NCBI GenBank assembly: GCA_965203355.1
Contig: OZ241889.1
Location: 3,904,001 to 3,968,000 of the forward strand
DNA from: Candidatus Latescibacterota bacterium
Lineage (GTDB): Bacteria > Latescibacterota > UBA2968 > UBA8231
Length of the DNA: 64,000 nt
Direction: 5' to 3'
Every line of letters starts with the position of its first letter. Within the stretch, counting starts at the first letter, position 1. The notes beneath the pieces are model-generated. The model was not told the DNA's origin and did not search any database. It worked only from the letters and a program-made list of their open reading frames with translations. The translations under genes and the position numbers were made by a program. Below are positions 25,414 through 36,454 of this stretch, one piece after another.

Positions 25414-26232
25414 TCAGGCCAGCCCTAACTTCTCTTCGGCACTGTCTGCGGGGATATAGCCCAAGACTTGGCGCGGATGGTCGATATCGACCCAGCGCCA
25501 GCGGTTGTTGGACACTCCGTAAAAAATATCGAAGCGCAAGTCCGCAGGTGCTTCAATGGCGCACTGCACGAGCTGAACCACGTCGCGCTGGCTACACCAA
25601 ATGGCCCCGCCCCGCTCGTCGCGCGGATGGTCTTCGGCATTGACCCAGCCAATGCGCAGACAAGGCACCGACATATTGTGCACGTCAGCGTAGTAGCGCG
25701 CTAGGGCTTCGCCCCAGATCTTGGTCGCTGGATACAGGCCAGTGGGCCGATACGGCCACTCGTGCGTCACGGCCTGTATATGACCCGCATCGACCGCGTC
25801 GAAGCGCCCTTCGGAAATGGCCTTGTACGGGTCCTCCTGCTGGTAGCCCCAAGACACCATGATCGAACTGGCGAAGACCACGCGCCGGACGCCAGAGCGA
25901 CACGCAGCCTCCAGCACATTGCGCGCCCCAACGATATTGCTGCCGAGCAGACTCTCCCAACTAGCATCTGGCCGCGGATCGGCCGCCAGTTGCACGACCA
26001 CGTCCATGCCCGCGACAGCCTTGGCTATCGCGTTGTAGTCGGTCAAGTCTGCGAGGATGAATTTTTCCTCGGGAATTCCCAACGCTGCGTCCTTGGGCGT
26101 CCGTTCCGAAAGTTGGGACCGCCGCGCCAGACCATAGAGATCATAGCGGGCAGGTTGAGTGCGCAAATGCCGATATACGACCCCGGCGATCAATCCGCAG
26201 ACGCCGGTGATTAAGACTTTCTTGGGGGCCAT
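25414..26232 (-). CDS. NAD-dependent epimerase/dehydratase (uronate dehydrogenase-like)
   Basis: VLITGVCGLIA, VVFASS, YPATK and CLRIG motifs; start at MAPKK with GAGGAG RBS. Confidence 0.85.
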   Translation of the reverse strand: MAPKKVLITGVCGLIAGVVYRHLRTQPARYDLYGLARRSQLSERTPKDAALGIPEEKFILADLTDYNAIAKAVAGMDVVVQLAADPRPDASWESLLGSNIVGARNVLEAACRSGVRRVVFASSIMVSWGYQQEDPYKAISEGRFDAVDAGHIQAVTHEWPYRPTGLYPATKIWGEALARYYADVHNMSVPCLRIGWVNAEDHPRDERGGAIWCSQRDVVQLVQCAIEAPADLRFDIFYGVSNNRWRWVDIDHPRQVLGYIPADSAEEKLGLA

Positions 26233-26798
26233 TGCTCTGGTTCTCCTCTGGGGTGTTCGATTGTGGTAATGTGGCGCAGGGCGCGGTAGCGCTGGTCGCA
26301 ATCCATGCCGTAGCCAACGACGAACGCGTCTTCAATCTCAAAACCACAGTAATCTATCGGCAATGGAAACTCCCGGCGGACGCGTTTGTTCAGTAGCGCA
26401 CATGTTCTGAGTGAAAGCGGTTGCTGCGACTTTATCTTGGCCAGCACAAAATCTAGGGATCGGCCCCTATCGACGATGCCGTCGACGATTAGTACGTCCC
26501 GTCCGGCCACTGCGACAACGAGGTCCTTGGTCAACTTGAGCTGCCCGGTACTCTCCGTGCCCTGATAGCTCGAAACACCGATGAAGTCGTAGTCCAACCG
26601 CGCCAACAGTTCCTCGGGCAAGCGATCTATCAGGGCCATCATAAACTGCACTGCTCCGTTGAGGAGGCCGATAAATAAGGGAGACGACCCAGCGTAGTCG
26701 GCGGCTAGTTCCTGGACCAACTCGCCGACGCGCCTTTCTACTTGCTGGCGCTCGATCAGCACTTTTAAGATAGGGGGTTCCAACGGACTGCGGGGCAT
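26211..26798 (-). CDS. hpt: Hypoxanthine phosphoribosyltransferase (divergent PRPP loop)
   Basis: GLLNGA..F, VSSY, VLIVDGIVDRG and FVVGYGMD....YR motifs. Confidence 0.8.
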   Translation of the reverse strand: MPRSPLEPPILKVLIERQQVERRVGELVQELAADYAGSSPLFIGLLNGAVQFMMALIDRLPEELLARLDYDFIGVSSYQGTESTGQLKLTKDLVVAVAGRDVLIVDGIVDRGRSLDFVLAKIKSQQPLSLRTCALLNKRVRREFPLPIDYCGFEIEDAFVVGYGMDCDQRYRALRHITTIEHPRGEPEQWPPRKS

Positions 26799-26833
26799 GC
26801 CTTTGATTATATGGCATGGGCTGTTTTTTGCAA

Positions 26834-26864
26834 ACAAAAGGCACCGAAGCAAAAGCTCCGATGC
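26834..26864 (-). terminator. Rho-independent terminator after recA and the small downstream ORF
   Basis: Minus strand GGCATCGGAGC-tttt-GCTTCGGTGCC followed by TTTTGT. Confidence 0.7.
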
Positions 26865-26906
26865 CCATGTTGGCCCGTCCTAAAGGCGGGCTGTGTCGCG
26901 GCCTGC

Positions 26907-27170
26907 TCAGGCGGCTTGACGGGTATTGTGCGGCATGTCCGGCTCCCGACCTAAGAGCACCTCAGCCGGGATGCTCGGTTGCTCGGGCACCTTCAGGGCG
27001 GTAGCTGCAACCAAGGCACTCAGTTGGTCGGCACTGGACATATCCAACTCGCCGCGCTGATAGGCCGCGTCAATGTGATCGCACAACAACTCCAAGTCGG
27101 CCCAAGAACGGGCTTGCCCAATGCGCGCCTGCAAGGGGATGGCCGCGGGGCTTAGTATGGTAGTCTGCAT
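26907..27170 (-). CDS. Small hypothetical protein downstream of recA
   Basis: 87 aa with a strong AAGGAGGTG RBS; followed by a terminator. Confidence 0.65.
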   Translation of the reverse strand: MQTTILSPAAIPLQARIGQARSWADLELLCDHIDAAYQRGELDMSSADQLSALVAATALKVPEQPSIPAEVLLGREPDMPHNTRQAA

Positions 27171-27285
27171 GGTTCACCTCCTTGGGGGAGTTAAGGAGTA
27201 CGCGCGGGTGCGAGGCACTGTAGGTGCCTTGGGGTGGGGTCTCCAGAGCGGCCTTGGCACCTCGACCCGCGAGCGCACAGAGGCT

Positions 27286-28368
<1,083 letters not shown>

Positions 28369-28414
28369 GATTTCCTCCTCGCGTGTTCCATAAGAAATGG
28401 TTATTGCACCGCCA

Positions 28415-28462
28415 CCTGAACGACCTGAACAAAAAGATAGTGAATCAATGTTCAGGTGTCAA
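28415..28462 (-). promoter_or_regulatory. recA sigma70 promoter with a candidate LexA/SOS operator
   Basis: Minus strand TTGACA-17 bp-TATCTT; spacer CTGAACATTGATTCAC; extra GTTCAGG half-sites lie downstream of the -10. Confidence 0.65.
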
Positions 28463-28634
28463 GTGTTTTTTCATTGAAGCAGATTAAACTGCGCTAGCTA
28501 CTTGTAACAAATGCCGTGCCAAACGGCAAAAATACGCGCAATTTATTGTTTAATAATGGGTTAGAAAAAGAATGAAAAGGGTGCAAAAAGCAAAAACTGG
28601 CAACTACGCGAAACAACACTGTGAAGAAAAGGGG

Positions 28635-30008
28635 CTAGCTTGAGCCAAAGGCGAGCGCTTCGGCGGCCTCCATCCCCCCCACCCCAACCACCTCCATCCT
28701 CGCGGGTCGCTTCCACCCCTGTAAGTTACTCCGCGCTACCAAACACCGCTCAAAACCCAAACTCCGCGCCTCGGCCACCCGCCGGTCAATTTGGTTCACC
28801 GGCCGGATCTCCCCGCCCAACCCAATCTCGCCAATGGCCACGGTCTTTGCGTCAATGGGCTTGTTGCAGAAGCTCGAGACAATGGCCAGCCCCACCCCCA
28901 TATCCACCGACGGCTCGTCGAGGCGAATGCCCCCTACTACATTGACGAAAATGTCCTCGCTCGACAGATCGTGGCCGCAGCGCTTTTCGAGCACCGCGAT
29001 AATAATCGAGAGCCGCTTGGCGTCGATGCCGGTGGCAACCCGTTGTGGATAACCAAAACTAGAGCGCGAGACGAGAGCTTGAATTTCGATCAAGAGCGGC
29101 CGCGTACCCTCCATGCTACAGACAATGGCCGAACCCGACACGCCCTCGGCGCGCTCGGCCAGCAGAATTTTGGAGGGATTGGCGACCTCGATTAGCCCTT
29201 GGTCCCGCATCTCAAAAATCCCGATCTCGTTGGTCGAACCAAAGCGGTTTTTGGCGGCACGCAGAATGCGGAAGTGGTGATGCCGCTCGCCCTCTAAATA
29301 GAGCACAGTATCGACTAAGTGCTCCAACACTCGCGGCCCGGCGACCGTGCCCTCTTTGGTCACGTGCCCGACCAAAAACGTGGGAATACCGCTCTCTTTG
29401 GCCAAATAGACCAGCAGCGCAGCGCACTCGCGCACTTGAGTTACGCTGCCGGGTGCGCTCTCTAACTCGGGCCGGTAAATGGTCTGGATCGAGTCGATGA
29501 TGATGGCCAGCGGGTCGGCCGATTGCAACTGGTCGAGAATGGCCGCGAGGCTAGTCTCGGCCATTACGTGCAGACTTTCGCACAACGCCCCTAAGCGCCC
29601 GGCACGCAGGCGGATCTGTGCGGCCGACTCCTCGGCAGAAATGTATGCGATGCGAACATCAGAGGCCGCTAGCTGTCCGGCCATCTGCAACAGGAGCGTC
29701 GATTTGCCAATGCCGGGGTCGCCGCCAACTAAGACGACTGAACCGGGCATGATGCCGCCGCCCAAGACCCGATCGAACTCGGAGATGCCGACTTTCAGCC
29801 GCTCGTGGTCTTGGTCATCAACTTGGGTAATGGGCTGCAATTGGGAGCGCGGCGAGACCGTCAGATGTTCGCGCCGACTGTCAGGTGCTTGAAGCTGCTC
29901 TTCGACGCAGGCGTTCCACTCGCCGCAGGCCACACAGCGGCCAAACCAGCGTGCGGCACTGTGGCCGCAGGACTGGCAGACGTAAGCGGAGCGATTCTTT
30001 TTGGCCAT
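28635..30008 (-). CDS. radA: DNA repair protein RadA/Sms
   Basis: C4 zinc finger, GDPGIGKST, KNRFG motif and Lon-like C-terminal domain. Confidence 0.97.
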   Translation of the reverse strand: MAKKNRSAYVCQSCGHSAARWFGRCVACGEWNACVEEQLQAPDSRREHLTVSPRSQLQPITQVDDQDHERLKVGISEFDRVLGGGIMPGSVVLVGGDPGIGKSTLLLQMAGQLAASDVRIAYISAEESAAQIRLRAGRLGALCESLHVMAETSLAAILDQLQSADPLAIIIDSIQTIYRPELESAPGSVTQVRECAALLVYLAKESGIPTFLVGHVTKEGTVAGPRVLEHLVDTVLYLEGERHHHFRILRAAKNRFGSTNEIGIFEMRDQGLIEVANPSKILLAERAEGVSGSAIVCSMEGTRPLLIEIQALVSRSSFGYPQRVATGIDAKRLSIIIAVLEKRCGHDLSSEDIFVNVVGGIRLDEPSVDMGVGLAIVSSFCNKPIDAKTVAIGEIGLGGEIRPVNQIDRRVAEARSLGFERCLVARSNLQGWKRPARMEVVGVGGMEAAEALAFGSS

Positions 30009-30011
30009 GCC

Positions 30012-30884
30012 TCAACTCGTCTGAGTACTTGCACGCGCGACGACGACTCGGGGGATCTGGTTTAAGTCCGGTCTTATCTGAACCTCAGTCAAGCGTGCAG
30101 ACCGCGCAAGCAGGTCCTCCACGGCCGCGCTTTGGCCGTCTCCCACCTCTAGTAGTAGATGGCCTCCGGGGCGAATAAAGTCGGCCGCCTCCTCTGCGAT
30201 TCGGCGGAAGTATGCCAACCCGTCTTCGCCCCCATCCAACGCGAGATGCGGCTCGTAGTCGCGAACTTCCGGTGCCAGTTGCGCCAAATCGCTGCGGCGC
30301 ACATACGGCGGATTAGCCGCGACGAGGTCAAAAGGCTCGATGCCACGGAGGGGCGCGAACAGATCGCCGCAGTGCCACTCGACGCGCCCGGCTAGCCCGC
30401 AGTGCTGGCCGTTGGCCTTCGCCACGGCCAAAGCATCAGCCGATACGTCAGTCGCTACCACCGCGACCGCTGTCGCTTCTTGGGCCAGCGACAGGGCGAC
30501 CGCGCCTGAGCCGCAACACAAGTCGAGGGCCCGGCCCCCCGCGGGCAAAAGCTCCAAGGCCACATCGACGAGCACCTCGGTTTCGGGGCGCGGGATCAAC
30601 ACCGCCGGCGTCACGGCCAGATCTAGATGGCGAAAGGCCGCCACGCCCGTGATGTACTGCACGGGCACGCGCCGCAACCGCTGCCGCACGTATTCTCGGT
30701 AGCGATCTACTTCGCTGCGGTACAAGGGGCGTTCAAATTGCAGGTAGAGATCGAGGCGGTTGACGCCGAGCACGGCGGCGAGCAGCAACTCGGCTTGCAG
30801 GCGGGCGTTATCCAACCCCTTTGACGCAAAAAACCGGCTCGTGTTTTCGAGGATGTCGAGCAGCCGCCAAGAGCGTCCACTCAT
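30012..30884 (-). CDS. prmC: Release factor glutamine N5-methyltransferase
   Basis: VLIPRPETE, DLCCGSG, NPPY and ALDGGEDGL motifs; ATGA overlap with prfA. Confidence 0.95.
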   Translation of the reverse strand: MSGRSWRLLDILENTSRFFASKGLDNARLQAELLLAAVLGVNRLDLYLQFERPLYRSEVDRYREYVRQRLRRVPVQYITGVAAFRHLDLAVTPAVLIPRPETEVLVDVALELLPAGGRALDLCCGSGAVALSLAQEATAVAVVATDVSADALAVAKANGQHCGLAGRVEWHCGDLFAPLRGIEPFDLVAANPPYVRRSDLAQLAPEVRDYEPHLALDGGEDGLAYFRRIAEEAADFIRPGGHLLLEVGDGQSAAVEDLLARSARLTEVQIRPDLNQIPRVVVARASTQTS

Positions 30885-31948
30885 CGGTCTAACGCCAGCG
30901 CGTCCTGCTGAGATGCGAGGGCCAACTGCTCCACGAATTGTCCAAAATCGCCATCGAGAATTTCCTCCAGGCGATAGAGGGACAAGCCAATGCGGTGATC
31001 GGTGACCCGGCCCTGCGGGAAGTTGTAGGTGCGAATTTTCGCGCTGCGGTCGCCCGAGCCGATCTGGCCAGCACGGGCGGCGTCGCGCTCGGCCTTTTGC
31101 TCGGCCTGCAATTTGTCGTAGAGCCGGGCGCGCAGGACCTTCAATGCCTTGTTCTTGTTTTTTAGCTGCGACTTCTCGTCTTGGCAAGAGACGACAATGC
31201 CCGTTGGGGTATGCGTGATTTTCACGGCCGAATCCGTGGTGTTGACGCTCTGGCCACCCGGTCCGCTAGAGCGGTACACTTCGATCTTCAAATCGTCGGG
31301 GGCAATTTCCACCTCTACCTCCTCGGCTTCGGGTAGAACCGCGACCGAGGCCGCCGAGGTGTGAATCCGGCCCGAGGCCTCAGTTTTGGGAACCCGCTGT
31401 ACGCGGTGGACCCCGCTCTCGAACTTGAGTTGACCGAAGGCGTCCGCACCCGAAACCACGAATACTACCTCCTTAAAGCCACCGGCTGGATTGTGACTGG
31501 ACGAAAGCTCCTCGGTTTTCAACCCCTTGCGTTCGGCAAAGCGATGGTACATGCGGTACAGATCGCTGGCGAAGAGCCCGGCTTCGTCGCCACCGGTGCC
31601 GGCGCGAATCTCGACGATGGCATTGCGGCTGTCGTTGGGGTCGTTGGGAATCAGCAGCACTTTGAGTGTTTCCTCTAGCTGCGCTACTTTTCCTTTCAGT
31701 TGGTCTCGCTCAGCCTCAGCCAATTCGACTAGCTCGGCATCGCTGCCATCGGAGATGATCTCCTCGGCCTCTGCGAACTGTTCCAGCGTGGCGCGGTACT
31801 GGCCCGCTAAACTCACCACTTCTTGCAAGTCGCCCATTTCCCGCGCCAGCTTCTGGTACTGAGTCGGGTTTTGGCTGGCGGCCTGATCAGCCATAAGCGC
31901 GCTTAGTTCCTCGTAGCGCAGTTCGTATTCGTTCAATTTATCTAACAC
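30881..31948 (-). CDS. prfA: Peptide chain release factor 1
   Basis: [14 protein letters not shown] (PxT) anticodon loop, GGQ and IRTYNFPQ motifs. Confidence 0.97.
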   Translation of the reverse strand: MLDKLNEYELRYEELSALMADQAASQNPTQYQKLAREMGDLQEVVSLAGQYRATLEQFAEAEEIISDGSDAELVELAEAERDQLKGKVAQLEETLKVLLIPNDPNDSRNAIVEIRAGTGGDEAGLFASDLYRMYHRFAERKGLKTEELSSSHNPAGGFKEVVFVVSGADAFGQLKFESGVHRVQRVPKTEASGRIHTSAASVAVLPEAEEVEVEIAPDDLKIEVYRSSGPGGQSVNTTDSAVKITHTPTGIVVSCQDEKSQLKNKNKALKVLRARLYDKLQAEQKAERDAARAGQIGSGDRSAKIRTYNFPQGRVTDHRIGLSLYRLEEILDGDFGQFVEQLALASQQDALALDR

Positions 31949-32124
31949 GGATTGGCCTCAACTTCTTCATTTAGGGCGCGGCACAGCGCATATAGAGCGA
32001 CTTCTAACTGGTCGTCGTCCGGCTCGCGGGTCGTAATGCGCTGTAGCCACAGCCCTGGGCACTCGCCATCTATCTCATTGCAAGAGAATGGCTCAAGCGT
32101 ACGTTGAAAGATTTTGTCAGTCAT
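31942..32124 (-). pseudogene. C-terminal remnant of a DUF1385 gene fused to a foreign N-terminus
   Basis: [21 protein letters not shown] is the conserved DUF1385 C-terminal motif; the first ~21 codons are AT-rich and unrelated. Confidence 0.75.
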
Positions 32125-32756
32125 TCATCAACACGCTCATAATAGGCGTAATCGAACACTTTATGAAGATCAGCGTTACTAGAAGTATTAGATACCCACT
32201 CTATAGCAAGCGAGTTATCAAACATCACTACCCCATTATCCCAAGACAGCAACCACCGCCACGCCTCATCATGCCGGTACTTTTCCCTTATTTCATCCCA
32301 ATGTCGGTCATAGCTTACAGTGTGTTTGAATAACCAAACTCCGTATCCTGCGTATCCTCTATACACACCTATTTTACCTTTTCTCTCTCTGAGAGGTCTG
32401 GTTGGATCATACTCATCAGGATCATACTCATCAGATGGAGTATAGAATGAAAGCAGTGTGTAGTTATAATACATCGTACCCGTATCGCCCACCGGCCTAG
32501 GATCATTTGCGAGCTCTATCCACAATGTGTCTTGGGTTGATATTAATACCTCATTACCAAAATGAACCCAATGCCTACCCTCCCCTGACCATGTACCCGC
32601 AATGTCCAAAGTCGGTGTTAGGCATTGTTCAACCTCAACCTTGATCTCAATAGGCATGTCTTCACTGAGCTTGACTGTGCCGGGCGAGGTAGGACTATCT
32701 GCGTTGCACCCCAATAAGAGAATGAAAGCGGCAAGAGCTACGGTTGCTTTGTGCAT
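32121..32756 (-). CDS. Foreign (AT-rich) lipoprotein of unknown function
   Basis: Lipobox LLLGC after a hydrophobic signal; AAGGAGG RBS; composition differs from the flanks. Confidence 0.7.
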   Translation of the reverse strand: MHKATVALAAFILLLGCNADSPTSPGTVKLSEDMPIEIKVEVEQCLTPTLDIAGTWSGEGRHWVHFGNEVLISTQDTLWIELANDPRPVGDTGTMYYNYTLLSFYTPSDEYDPDEYDPTRPLRERKGKIGVYRGYAGYGVWLFKHTVSYDRHWDEIREKYRHDEAWRWLLSWDNGVVMFDNSLAIEWVSNTSSNADLHKVFDYAYYERVDE

Positions 32757-32983
32757 TATGAATCCCTCCTTATTTCAAAAAAAGATAGGGCGCCGCGCAA
32801 TACGGGTAGCCCCAACAGGCGATAGCGCTGGGTTAGGGAATCGTACGCTTTCTCGCGCACCACGATCTGGCGGTCAGCCGCCCGCACGGCAGTGACGATT
32901 TTGCCGGGTACGCGCATCATCACCCCTTCGATGACGGCTTGGCCACCGACGGGTAGATCTTGCGTGAGTTGCTCTCTGTCCAT
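32756..32983 (-). pseudogene. N-terminal remnant of a DUF1385 gene
   Basis: VGGQAVIEGVMMR...TAVR...LPVLRG is the DUF1385 N-terminal motif; it ends after about 75 codons. Confidence 0.8.
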
Positions 32984-33060
32984 GGACTCGCGTACACGAA
33001 AAAGGCGATACGAACACCCTCGGGAGGGCGTCCTACCACCTTTTCGCACAAAATGGGTTA

Positions 33061-33318
33061 CTAGGCTTGCGCGCTTTTGCCGTAGCGGCGATTGAACTGG
33101 TCGATGCGCCCGCCGCGGTCCATGATCTGCTGGCGCTTACCGGTGTAGAAAGGATGCGACGCCGAGCTGATTTCGACCCGAATTACCGGATAGGAATTCC
33201 CATCTTCCCACTCCATCGTCTCTTCGGACCTCATCGTAGAACGCGACAGTATCTTGTAGTCGCAGCTAGTGTCGAGAAAGATAACCGTTTGATACTCGGG
33301 ATGGATGTCTTTTTGCAC
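33061..33318 (-). CDS. rpmE: 50S ribosomal protein L31, type B (no CxC/CxxC zinc motif)
   Basis: [19 protein letters not shown] and [10 protein letters not shown] motifs; GTG start with AGGAG RBS. Confidence 0.92.
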   Translation of the reverse strand: MQKDIHPEYQTVIFLDTSCDYKILSRSTMRSEETMEWEDGNSYPVIRVEISSASHPFYTGKRQQIMDRGGRIDQFNRRYGKSAQA

Positions 33319-33402
33319 CTTCACACTCCTCTGCTTTTGGGGATTGAAATTCGGCTGTCGAGTCAATAAAAATAGAGGCTTGAGACTCAAAAGACAAGGT
33401 GA

Positions 33403-34677
33403 CTAGTCGTTCATGGCCTTGAGGAATTCCTCGTTGGATTCCGTGCCCTGCATGCGCTCTTGGAGGAACTCCATGCCCTCAACGACACCCATCTGATTGA
33501 GTATGCGGCGCAGGACCCACGAGCGGTTCAATTCAAACTCCGTCAGCAGCAACTCTTCCTTGCGGGTGCTCGTCGCCGTCACATCAATGGCCGGATAGAC
33601 GCGGCGGTTGCTCAATCGGCGATCTAGCTGCACCTGCATGTTACCCGTGCCTTTGAACTCTTCAAAGATCACTTCGTCCATGCGGCTCCCGGTCTCTACT
33701 AGGGCCGTAGCGACAATCGTCAGGCTACCGCCTTCTTCGAGATTGCGCGCGGCGGCAAAAAAGCGGCGCGGCCACTGCAAAGCTGTCGAGTCAACGCCAC
33801 CAGTGAGGATCCGTCCCGAGTGCGGCGTCACTGTATTGTAGGCCCGTGCCAAGCGCGTGATGCTATCGAGCAGAATGACCACATCCCGCTTGTGTTCAAC
33901 TAGACGCCGAGCCTTCTCGATCACCATATCCGCCACCTGCACGTGCCGCGTAGCCGACTCATCAAAGGTCGAGCTAACGACTTCGCCCTGCACCGAACGC
34001 AGCATATCGGTAACTTCCTCGGGGCGCTCGTCAATGAGTAAGACGATGAGAACCGCTTCGGGATGATTAGTTGTGATGGCGTTGGCAACCTTTTGCAACA
34101 GCATGGTTTTGCCAGTGAAGGGTGGCGCGACGATTAGGCCACGCTGCCCTTTGCCGATGGGCGAGAGCAAGTCGAGAATCCGCGTCGTCATGTCTTTGGG
34201 ATTGTGCTCTAACTTGAAGCGATCCGTGGGATGTAAGGCCGTCAGGTTTTCGAAGATCGTCTTGTTCTTGGTGACTTCTGGATCGTCAAAGTTGATTGCC
34301 TCGACTCTCAGCAGCGCAAAGTACTTCTCGTCGTTTTTCGGCGGCCGGATCTGGCCGGAAATAGTATCGCCCGTGCGCAGGCTAAATCGCTTAATCTGCG
34401 AATGAGAAACGTAAATGTCGTCGGGACCAGGTAAGTAGTTGTAGCTCGGCGAGCGGAGAAAGCCGAACCCCTCGTCCAGCACCTCCAAAGTACCTTGAGC
34501 AAAGATCAGCCCACTGCGCTCGGTCTGGTGCTTAAGGATAGAGAAGATCAACTCCTGCTTGCGCAAAGAGGTGCAATCTACAACCTCCAACTTCTTGGCC
34601 AGCTCTTGGAGATCCAAGATGTTCATGCGCTGGAGTTCGACAATGTTCATTTTCTGCGTTCTATTGAGGGGTGGCAT
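33403..34677 (-). CDS. rho: Transcription termination factor Rho
   Basis: [41 protein letters not shown] and EEFKGTGNM motifs. An alternative start is at 34650. Confidence 0.97.
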   Translation of the reverse strand: MPPLNRTQKMNIVELQRMNILDLQELAKKLEVVDCTSLRKQELIFSILKHQTERSGLIFAQGTLEVLDEGFGFLRSPSYNYLPGPDDIYVSHSQIKRFSLRTGDTISGQIRPPKNDEKYFALLRVEAINFDDPEVTKNKTIFENLTALHPTDRFKLEHNPKDMTTRILDLLSPIGKGQRGLIVAPPFTGKTMLLQKVANAITTNHPEAVLIVLLIDERPEEVTDMLRSVQGEVVSSTFDESATRHVQVADMVIEKARRLVEHKRDVVILLDSITRLARAYNTVTPHSGRILTGGVDSTALQWPRRFFAAARNLEEGGSLTIVATALVETGSRMDEVIFEEFKGTGNMQVQLDRRLSNRRVYPAIDVTATSTRKEELLLTEFELNRSWVLRRILNQMGVVEGMEFLQERMQGTESNEEFLKAMND

Positions 34678-34947
34678 CTCTTCCTTGCAACCTTTCTTGC
34701 GGTTAGAGTGCAGGATCACAAAGGGAATATTCGAGTGCCCTACGGCACTGCAAGCACCTATGAGCTATTACGAGCATTGGAGTACATGTGGTAGTACTGT
34801 TAAAATACTAAAAACCTACCTAAGGTATGCCGTACCTTGGTAAAATTCTTTAACAACTGCAGGAGGTCTATCGCGAAGAATTTTTAAATAGGGGGGTGGA
34901 ATTTCAAGCGGAATAAACCGCTGAGGTATTTAACTAACAGAGCTTAA

Positions 34948-34976
34948 AGCATACAGATAATATCTTTATTTGTCAA
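34948..34976 (-). promoter_or_regulatory. Sigma70 promoter of rho (gives a ~260-nt leader)
   Basis: Minus strand TTGACA-17 bp-TATGCT. Confidence 0.65.
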
Positions 34977-34996
34977 GACGTGCTATACAAAAGACA

Positions 34997-35024
34997 AGGA
35001 CGCCTGCTCATCAAGCAGGCGTCC
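34997..35024 (-). terminator. Hairpin terminator after the secreted-protein pair
   Basis: AGGACGCCTGCT / AGCAGGCGTCCT inverted repeat, followed on the minus strand by TGTCTTTTGT. Confidence 0.65.
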
Positions 35025-35054
35025 TATCTCTGCAACTTGCAACTTCTCGTGCCC

Positions 35055-35738
35055 TTATTGCTCTGCGCCAACAGCCATCGCCATCCGAGCTACATCCTCA
35101 TTGGAAGCAAAAGGGGCGACAACGCCCGTTTCGTTGTCGCCGTCAAAGGCTCTTACGTCATAGACATAGGAGGCCCCGCTGACGACGTCATTATCGACAA
35201 ATTCGGAGATGCCCGGCCCCAGCGTGGCAACCAGCCTTTCGCTGCCCTGTTCCTGAGTTACGGCCTTGCCGAAATCATCGGCGAAGCGCAGAAAATCATC
35301 GACATCAATTTGGCCATTGGGGACTATATCGAAGAACAACTCAAAATCCCCATCAGCGTCAGAAGAGCCGAAGCGATCAGCTAAGAGAAAGAAGTCGTCG
35401 AAGTCAACCTTAGCTCCCTCGCGCGTGAACCAGCCGAGGACTATATGGCCGCTATCGTCCACGGGTGGAAAATAATCCGTGCGATACACGCGATAACCGT
35501 GTACGTCTCCCGTAGGCACCACTTGGCCCCCAAAGGTCGTAAACGAACGAGCATCATCTGCCGATAGCGTCCAAGAAAGCGACACGGAGGAAGCATCACT
35601 ATCTGCGGCTTGTAGGTTAGTCACAGGTGCAGGAGGAATATTATCGACAGAAGCTACGGACTCAGAAGTAGTTAGCTGAGCGGCTGCGGGAACAGCGCAA
35701 AAAGCAGCTAGCGCGACGATGCGAATATATCCTTTCAT
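35055..35738 (-). CDS. Secreted FN3-like protein with an internal dockerin/EF-hand-like domain
   Basis: Signal peptide ending AAA-Q; FN3 strands PPAPVTNL...LSW...GYRVYR...YVYDVRAFD; VDFDDFFLLADRFG and IDVDDFLRFADDFG repeats. Confidence 0.7.
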   Translation of the reverse strand: MKGYIRIVALAAFCAVPAAAQLTTSESVASVDNIPPAPVTNLQAADSDASSVSLSWTLSADDARSFTTFGGQVVPTGDVHGYRVYRTDYFPPVDDSGHIVLGWFTREGAKVDFDDFFLLADRFGSSDADGDFELFFDIVPNGQIDVDDFLRFADDFGKAVTQEQGSERLVATLGPGISEFVDNDVVSGASYVYDVRAFDGDNETGVVAPFASNEDVARMAMAVGAEQ

Positions 35739-35788
35739 CGAACTATACTCCTTGTGAAAAGATGAAATACACAACCATATTGCGGCCG

Positions 35789-36454
35789 TCACTGATACAA
35801 CTTGGCACCGAGGTTATCGGCCCAAAGGAAAAAGTCATCGAGATCAACCATGCCATTGCCATCAATATCTGTGGCTGGATCGAATTCGGCTTGGCCAAAG
35901 TTGGTTTGAAAAATGCCGTAGTCTAAAAGGTCTACATCGCCATCGTAGTCAAAGTCGCCAAGGAGCAACATGTTCCTGACTTCGGCAGACTCGATCGGGG
36001 CACTCTCATTGCCGCTTTCATCGACAACCGAGACCATATAGAAGTACCGTCTGCTTCCCCTGCTCACGTCGATCGAGACATCGACCAAGGACGTCACGCC
36101 GGGACCAACGGTGCCGACGATTGCCAATCCGTCGGAACCATCGGCGAGACGACGCCATATATTGTAACCAGCCACATCGTTGACGTTGGCAAAGGTGCCG
36201 CCCGTCGTAAAGTCGCTGCTCGTCGGGACCTGGCGCACAACATCGTCAACAGATATATCCCAAGAGACGGTGATGCTCCTTCCACCTTCGTTGAACTCAG
36301 CCTGTACTCCGTCAACCGGACTCGGTGCAAGGTCGTCGGTATCCGCTGCTGACTCAGAAACCGTCACCTGTGCTGCCGCCGGACTCGCGCCCAGAAAAAT
36401 GCCGAGTCCCAACAAGGCCAGACTCGCGATAGCTCCCTTTATGCCTTTCGACAT
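35789..36454 (-). CDS. Secreted FN3-like protein with a C-terminal dockerin/EF-hand-like domain
   Basis: Signal peptide ending AAA-Q; GYNIWR...YFYMVSVVDESGNES; GDFDYDGDVDLLD and DIDGNGMVDLDDFFLWADNLG. Confidence 0.75.
   Translation of the reverse strand: MSKGIKGAIASLALLGLGIFLGASPAAAQVTVSESAADTDDLAPSPVDGVQAEFNEGGRSITVSWDISVDDVVRQVPTSSDFTTGGTFANVNDVAGYNIWRRLADGSDGLAIVGTVGPGVTSLVDVSIDVSRGSRRYFYMVSVVDESGNESAPIESAEVRNMLLLGDFDYDGDVDLLDYGIFQTNFGQAEFDPATDIDGNGMVDLDDFFLWADNLGAKLYQ

Noticed and set aside
32061-32780. Integron cassette explanation for the lipoprotein insert
   Set aside because: No attC-like RYYYAAC...GTTRRRY palindrome was seen, and host sequence was deleted, which cassette insertion would not do.
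33061-33318. Zinc-free L31 as evidence of a Zur-regulated paralogue
   Set aside because: It sits in the core rho-prfA cluster with no recognisable Zur box, and type B L31 as the main copy is common.
34680-34945. Riboswitch in the long rho leader
   Set aside because: Only short hairpins and no known aptamer consensus; long leaders are expected from Rho autoregulation.
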